Shown: positions 58,837 through 64,000 of the stretch, in pieces
Layout: each line of letters starts with the position of its first letter
Numbering within the stretch: position 1 is the stretch's first letter
Origin: Alphaproteobacteria bacterium
GTDB lineage: Bacteria; Pseudomonadota; Alphaproteobacteria; MPNO01; UBA830
DNA: 64,000 nucleotides
Direction of reading: 5' to 3'
Assembly: GCA_965214975.1 (NCBI GenBank)
Contig: OZ244055.1
Span: 452,875 to 516,874, forward strand
The notes under the pieces: generated by a model
Databases searched by the model: none
What the model saw: the letters and a program-made list of their open reading frames with translations, nothing else
Told to the model about the DNA's origin: nothing
Position numbers and translations under genes: made by a program

Positions 58837-59931
58837 TCACGTCGCCGGGCGCGACACGAGGTCGTCCAGGGCTTCGCGGCGCTCCGCCGCCGACGCGCTC
58901 CCGGAATGCCGGCCGGCCATGGCGAGCAGCAGATCCACCGTCGAGATCGACCCGACCGGCTTTCCGTCCGGATCGACGCAGCAGATCTCCTCGCCGGGGG
59001 CCGTGGTGACCACCGGCAGGACATCCTCCAGACTCATGTCCAGCGGGCATTGCGGCGTCGGGTCGAGACCGGGGCGGAGAGGTCCCATGATCGAGCCGAC
59101 GGAGATGACCCGCCCCCGGTTGATGCCGCGGGTGAACTCGGAAACGTGCTCGTCGGCGGGCTGCAGGATGATGTCCTGGGCGTCGGCGTTCTGCACCACC
59201 TCCCCGTCCCGCAGGATCGCGATCCGGTCTCCGATCTCGAGCGCCTCCTCGAGATCGTGCGTGACGAACACGATGGTCTTCCGGAGTTCCCGCTGCAGTT
59301 CGAGAAGAAGCGCCCGCATGTCGGCGCGGATGAGCGGGTCGAGGGCGCTGAACGCCTCGTCCATCAGCAGGATCCCGGCATCCGTGGCCAGCGCCCGCGC
59401 GAGTCCCACCCGTTGCTGCATGCCGCCGGAGAGGTGGTGCGGATAGGAATCCTCGTAGCCCGCAAGGCCCACCCGCTCGATCCACCGGGCGGCGCGCTCG
59501 CGGGTCTCGCGGCGCGTCAGCCCCTGCACCGCCAGGCCGTAGCCGACGTTCTGCATGACGGTTCTGTGGGGGAACAGCGCGAATCTCTGGAAGACCATGC
59601 TGACCCGGTGGCGCCGGAAGTCCCGGAGCGCGGCGTCGTCGAGGTCGAGGACGGCCTCCCCGTCGACCCGGATGTCGCCCTCCGTGGGCTCGATCAGCCG
59701 GTTGACGTGACGGACCAGCGTCGACTTTCCGGAGCCGCTGAGGCCCATGAGAACCTGGATGCTGCGCGGCTCGATGTCGATGTCGATGTTTCGCAGGCCG
59801 AGCACGTGGCCGTGGTCCTCGAGAAGCCGGGCCTTCGCGATGCCGTCCCGGACCAGCGGAAGGACCGATTCCGGATCGTCTCCGAACACCTTGGAAAGGC
59901 CGTGGATCGTGACCGCCGCGCCGTCTTTCAT
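58837..59931 (-). CDS. proV: Glycine betaine/proline ABC transporter ATP-binding protein with C-terminal CBS-like region
   Basis: ..LMGLSGSGKSTLVRHVNRLIEPTEG..LSGGMQQRVGLARAL..LLMDEAFSALDP.. ATG 59931 overlaps the proW stop. Confidence 0.9.
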   Translation of the reverse strand: MKDGAAVTIHGLSKVFGDDPESVLPLVRDGIAKARLLEDHGHVLGLRNIDIDIEPRSIQVLMGLSGSGKSTLVRHVNRLIEPTEGDIRVDGEAVLDLDDAALRDFRRHRVSMVFQRFALFPHRTVMQNVGYGLAVQGLTRRETRERAARWIERVGLAGYEDSYPHHLSGGMQQRVGLARALATDAGILLMDEAFSALDPLIRADMRALLLELQRELRKTIVFVTHDLEEALEIGDRIAILRDGEVVQNADAQDIILQPADEHVSEFTRGINRGRVISVGSIMGPLRPGLDPTPQCPLDMSLEDVLPVVTTAPGEEICCVDPDGKPVGSISTVDLLLAMAGRHSGSASAAERREALDDLVSRPAT

Positions 59932-60815
59932 GACTGGCGGCCCCGGCCTTCCTGTACGCGCCGGCCGTAGCTCTGCGTGATTCTGTCGAACACGATCGCC
60001 AGCGCCACCACGGCGGCGCCGTTGAACAGGCCGAGCGCGAAATACTGGTTGGTCACCGCCTCGAGCACCGGCTGGCCCAGCCCCTTGACGCCGATCATCG
60101 AGGCGATCACGACCATCGACAGGGCCATCATGATCGTCTGGTTGATCCCGGCCATGATGTTGGGCAGCGCCAGCGGCAGCTGCAGCCCCACGAGCAGGCG
60201 CCACGGCCCGGTTCCGAAGGCGTGCCCGGCCTCCAGCACCTCGGCGTCGACCAGCCGGATGCCGAGATTGGTGAGCCGGATGACCGGCGGCACGGCGTAG
60301 ACGACGACGGCGATCATTCCCGGCACCTTGCCGAGGCCGAACAGCATGACCACCGGAATCAGGTAGACGAAGATGGGCATCGTCTGCATGACGTCGAGGG
60401 TCGGCGTCATGACCGCCCGCACGCCCTCGGAACGCGCCATCAGGATTCCGACGGGGATGCCGATGGCGATGGCGACGATGGCGGACACGAAGATGATGGC
60501 GAGCGTCCGCATCGTGTTGTCCCACATGCCGAGCACGCCGATCAGCACGAAAGCGACCGTCACGCCCGCCGTCAGCCACGCCCTGCGGCTCGCGACGTAG
60601 CAGAGACCGGCAAGCGCGCCGATCACCAGCCACCACGGCGAGTCGAGCAGAAGGCGCTCGAACCAGATCAGGGAATGGAGCAGGGGGTCGAACGCCCGCT
60701 CGATGGCGTCGCCGTAGCTCCTCGAGAACGCCCGGTAGCCGCCGTCGATGGACTTCTCGACCCCGCGCAGGACATCGCCGTCGAGCGTCGGGAACCTCCG
60801 GAGCCAGTCCGCCAT
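59928..60815 (-). CDS. proW: Glycine betaine/proline ABC transporter permease
   Basis: 295 aa membrane protein between proX and proV; ..WDNTMRTLAIIFVSAIVAIAIGIPVGILMARSE.. Confidence 0.88.
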   Translation of the reverse strand: MADWLRRFPTLDGDVLRGVEKSIDGGYRAFSRSYGDAIERAFDPLLHSLIWFERLLLDSPWWLVIGALAGLCYVASRRAWLTAGVTVAFVLIGVLGMWDNTMRTLAIIFVSAIVAIAIGIPVGILMARSEGVRAVMTPTLDVMQTMPIFVYLIPVVMLFGLGKVPGMIAVVVYAVPPVIRLTNLGIRLVDAEVLEAGHAFGTGPWRLLVGLQLPLALPNIMAGINQTIMMALSMVVIASMIGVKGLGQPVLEAVTNQYFALGLFNGAAVVALAIVFDRITQSYGRRVQEGRGRQS

Positions 60816-60843
60816 CGATCGGGCCGCCGGGGCCGCCGGGGGA

Positions 60844-61845
60844 TCAGAGGGCGGCCTTGATCCTGGCCCTGGCCTCCGCGGGCACCCAGCGCGACCAGAC
60901 GTCCTCGTGGTTCCTGAGGAAATGCAGCGCCGTCTCCTCGCTGTTCGCCCTCCGCTCCTCCTTCCAGGCGAGAATCCTCTCGAGCGTGCTGTTGGACCAC
61001 GACATCGACGAGACGAACTTGAACGCCTCCGGAGCCGACCTGGCGAACGACGAGGTCACCACGGTGTAGACGACCGACTTGGGCCAGAGGTTGGGCTTGG
61101 GGTCGGCGCAGTCCTTGTCGACCACGCAGCTCCATGTCTCCGGGTCGTGCTTCATGCCGCCGAGCTTGACCATGGGATAGCGGCCCAGCAGCGCGGTCGG
61201 CGACCAGTAGTAGGTCAGAAGGGGGAGTTTCCGCGAATTGGCCCGGTCGATGGCGGCGGCGAGGCCCTCTCCGGAGCCGGGGTTGAACATCGTGAATCCG
61301 GCCTTGTCGAGGCCGTAGGCCTTGAACAGGTTGCGGTTGATGATCTGGCAGGCCCAGCCGGCCGGACAGGTGTAGAACCGGCCCTTGCCGGGTTCCTCCT
61401 TGTCGGGGAACAGGTCGGGCCGCTTCATGACGGCCTGCAGGGTCGTCAGTTCGGGATGGGCGTCCACCATGTACCGGGGGATGTACCAGCCCTCGACGCC
61501 GCCGTCGCTCAGGATCTCTGTGGCGATGCGCAGGCGGTCCTCGGCAAGCGCGCGCTCGAGAACCGTGCGGGCCGAGTTGAACCAGATCTCCGGCGCGATG
61601 TCGGGTTCGCCCTTTTCCGCCATCGAGGTCGCGGTCGGCACGGTGTCGCCGGGCACGAGTTCCGACTCGCAGCCGTAGCCGCGGGCAAGGATGAAGTGTC
61701 CCACGTGGGCCGCCACGGCCGCCGACGCCCAGGTCATCTCGGCGATGGTGATCTTGCCGCAGGCTCCCTGGGCGGCCGCCGACCATCCGGCCGCCGCCAG
61801 AACGGCCGCGGCGACTCCGAAACCTCTCGCTTTCGGGCGTGCCAC
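60844..61845 (-). CDS. proX: Glycine betaine-type ABC transporter substrate-binding protein
   Basis: Signal peptide MARPKARGFGVAAAVLAAAGWSAAAQGA; ..ITIAEMTWASAAVAAHVGHFIL..YYWSPTALLG.. Confidence 0.85.
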   Translation of the reverse strand: MARPKARGFGVAAAVLAAAGWSAAAQGACGKITIAEMTWASAAVAAHVGHFILARGYGCESELVPGDTVPTATSMAEKGEPDIAPEIWFNSARTVLERALAEDRLRIATEILSDGGVEGWYIPRYMVDAHPELTTLQAVMKRPDLFPDKEEPGKGRFYTCPAGWACQIINRNLFKAYGLDKAGFTMFNPGSGEGLAAAIDRANSRKLPLLTYYWSPTALLGRYPMVKLGGMKHDPETWSCVVDKDCADPKPNLWPKSVVYTVVTSSFARSAPEAFKFVSSMSWSNSTLERILAWKEERRANSEETALHFLRNHEDVWSRWVPAEARARIKAAL

Positions 61846-61976
61846 AGTCTCTCTCCTCTTCGGTTGGCGGGACGGGGCCGACGCTCACCTTAGGGGAAGT
61901 CCCGGCGGTCCGCAAACCGGCGGGACTTCCGGCGCCGGCCGGGTTCGCGCGTTCCGGCCGCCGCCGGGGAGGGAGG

Positions 61977-63197
61977 CTACGGCCGGGCGGCCCGGCTCTC
62001 GCGCGCCCAGCGAGGAACCGGCGAGTCGTCGAGCTGCCAGTGGATCAGCGCCGCGATGCCTCCCAGCGCGATCGCCAGCCACCAGCCCGCGTCGTAGCTG
62101 CCGTGGAGGTCGTGGAACCGGCCGCCCAGGTAGATCCCCGCGAAACCGCCGACCTGGTGGCTGAAGAACACGATGGCGAACAGCGTCGCCATGTAGCGGG
62201 GGCCGAATATCTGGGCGACGATGCCCATCGTGAGCGGCGCCGTGGACAGCCACAGCAGCCCGAACACGGCCGCGAAGCCGAGCACCGTGGTCTCGCTGAC
62301 CGGCAGCATCAGGAAAGCGAGGAACAGCACGGCCCGGGACAGGTAGAGGAGGCCGAGCAGCTTCTTCTTGCGCCAGCGCGCGCCCATCCAGCCCGCGAGG
62401 AGGGTGCCGAAGATGTTGAACAGCCCGATCGCGCCCAGCGCCCAGGCCGCGAGCCACTGGCTGGCGCCGGCGTCCTCGAGATAGCCGGGAAGATGGACGC
62501 CGACGAACTGGATCTGGAAGCCGCAGACGAAGAACCCCAGCACGAGCAGCCAGTAGCCGTGGTGCCTCCCGGCCTCGCGCAGGGCCGCGGACAGGCGCTG
62601 GCTGTCGGGCGCCGCGAGGGTCGCCGCGCTTCCGGCGCGCATCGACAGCGCGAGCGGCACCGTGACGGCGATGACCAGCGACAGCGCCACGACCCCGTCG
62701 GCCCAGCCCAGACCGTCGATCAGCCCGGCGCTGAGCGGCGCGAACAGGAACTGGCCCGCGGAGCCGCCGGCCGTCACGATTCCCAGCCACAGGCTGCGCC
62801 TGCCGTCCGACGCGACGCGGCCGACCAGGGCCAGGGGCAGGGTGAAGCCCACGCCGGCGGCGCCGAGCCCGACGACCAGCCCGGCCGACAGGACCATGGT
62901 CTCCGGCGTCGTCGACACCGAGATCAGGCCCACCCCGAGAGCGTAGAGAAGGCTGGAGAGCGCGATGATCCGTATCGGCCCCAGGCGGTCGCCGAGGCCG
63001 GCGACGAACGGCGCGGCGGCGCCCATGACGAGGTTCTGGACCGCGACGGCGAAGGCGAACTCGCTCCGGGCCCAGCCGAGATCGGCGCTGAGCGGTATCA
63101 GGAAAAGCCCGAAATTCTGGCGCGATCCGTTGGCGACCAGCAGCAGCGCCGTGGCCGCGAAGAGCACGTACGCCGGTTCGCGCCAGAAGGTTCTCAT
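61977..63197 (-). CDS. MFS transporter (paralogue of 31695-32921)
   Basis: From ATG 63197: MRTFWREPAYVLFAATALLLVANGSRQNFGLFLIPLSADLGWARSEF.. aligns along its length with the 31695-32921 product. Confidence 0.85.
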   Translation of the reverse strand: MRTFWREPAYVLFAATALLLVANGSRQNFGLFLIPLSADLGWARSEFAFAVAVQNLVMGAAAPFVAGLGDRLGPIRIIALSSLLYALGVGLISVSTTPETMVLSAGLVVGLGAAGVGFTLPLALVGRVASDGRRSLWLGIVTAGGSAGQFLFAPLSAGLIDGLGWADGVVALSLVIAVTVPLALSMRAGSAATLAAPDSQRLSAALREAGRHHGYWLLVLGFFVCGFQIQFVGVHLPGYLEDAGASQWLAAWALGAIGLFNIFGTLLAGWMGARWRKKKLLGLLYLSRAVLFLAFLMLPVSETTVLGFAAVFGLLWLSTAPLTMGIVAQIFGPRYMATLFAIVFFSHQVGGFAGIYLGGRFHDLHGSYDAGWWLAIALGGIAALIHWQLDDSPVPRWARESRAARP

Positions 63198-63271
63198 CGC
63201 CGTCCTTTCCCCGCTTGGTCTAGCGCGGGCCTCCGGGCGGCGCAAATCCGCCGCGCCCGGCCGGTTCCCGC

Positions 63272-63300
63272 TTGACGCGGCGCCTTCGCCGGCCTAAACG
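63272..63300 (+). promoter_or_regulatory. Putative promoter of rpsT
   Basis: TTGACG (63272-63277), 17-nt spacer, TAAACG (63295-63300). Confidence 0.35.
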
Positions 63301-63326
63301 TCGCGTTCCCGAAAAGGTCGAGGAAC

Positions 63327-63587
63327 ATGGCGAACACGAGTTCCGCGAAGAAGCGGGTGAGGCGGGATGTCCGCCGGACCCGCGTGAACGGCGCCCGCCG
63401 GGCCCGCATCCGCACCTATGTCCGGCGGGTCGAGACCGCGATCGCGGCCGGCGACCGCGAGGCGGCGGCCGAGGCCCTGCGTCTCGCCCAGCCCGAGATG
63501 ATGCGCGGCGTCACCCGCGGCGTCGTCACCAGGAACGCCGCCTCCCGCAAGATCTCCCGGCTCTCGCGCCGCATCAGGGCGCTCTGA
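63327..63587 (+). CDS. rpsT: 30S ribosomal protein S20
   Basis: [36 protein letters not shown].. Confidence 0.95.
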   Translation: MANTSSAKKRVRRDVRRTRVNGARRARIRTYVRRVETAIAAGDREAAAEALRLAQPEMMRGVTRGVVTRNAASRKISRLSRRIRAL

Positions 63588-63634
63588 GCGCGCCGGGCGG
63601 GCGAAGGGTCCGCGCGGTCCGGAAAGCCGCCCCG

Positions 63635-64000
63635 ATGCCGGCCGGCCGGCGGCAGCGGGCCGCCGCCTGGTTCCGCGAGCTGCGGGACGCGATCTGCGCC
63701 TCGTTCGAGGCGCTCGAGGACGAGCTCGACGCCCCCGCCGCCGGCGTCGCGGCGCCCGGCCGGTTCGTCCGCACGCCGTGGGAGCGTCCGGGCGGCGGCG
63801 GCGGCGAGATGTCGATCATGCGCGGGCGGCTCTTCGAGAAGGTCGGGGTCAGCGTCTCGACGGTTCACGGCGAGTTCTCCGAGGCCTTCCGGAGCCGGAT
63901 CCCCGGCGCCGCCGACGACCCCCGCTTCTGGGCCTCCGGCATCTCCCTGGTCGCGCACATGCATTCCCCGCTGGTGCCGGCGGCCCACATGAACACGCGT
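63635..64000 (+). CDS. hemF: Oxygen-dependent coproporphyrinogen III oxidase, 5' part (runs off the window)
   Basis: [87 protein letters not shown].. Confidence 0.85.
   Translation, partial: MPAGRRQRAAAWFRELRDAICASFEALEDELDAPAAGVAAPGRFVRTPWERPGGGGGEMSIMRGRLFEKVGVSVSTVHGEFSEAFRSRIPGAADDPRFWASGISLVAHMHSPLVPAAHMNTR

Overview
High-GC (~70%) chromosomal segment with alphaproteobacterial gene order. The core backbone holds a complete nuoA-N complex I operon (7.5-21.4 kb), then birA-coaX-rnj-DUF1467. It also holds urate/allantoin catabolism genes (puuE-uraD fusion, uraH, puuD), a three-gene TRAP transporter, cimA, trmJ, rpsD, tRNA-Ala(CGC), a proVWX-type betaine importer, three MFS paralogues, rpsT and the 5' end of hemF. 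Accessory material is interleaved. There are two large type Va autotransporters whose passengers are arrays of Calx-beta-like repeats (730-5302 plus strand; 47985-55287 minus strand) and a ~290-bp relic of a third copy. There are four decayed IS transposase fragments (ISKra4-like, IS4, ISAs1, IS110). A TPR-GT2 glycosyltransferase cassette bounded by 54-bp inverted repeats splits the urate cluster. Also present are a GT-C-like membrane glycosyltransferase, mazEF, a tandem pair of small membrane proteins and a family of short intergenic repeats. The most notable observations follow. (1) Both autotransporters have a homologous ATG-initiated leader ORF that runs into a poly-C tract (C13, C10) and sits exactly +1 out of frame with the signal peptide. 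This suggests phase variation or +1 slippage on proline codons. (2) A Bcp-type peroxiredoxin has TGA at the peroxidatic-cysteine codon, followed by a SECIS-like hairpin, making it a candidate selenoprotein. (3) A G13(AG)5 microsatellite lies beside the glycosyltransferase cassette. (4) nuoC carries an apparent 1-nt frameshift, which also warns that indel errors in this assembly cannot be excluded. All calls rest on reading the sequence and ORF translations; no database search was run.
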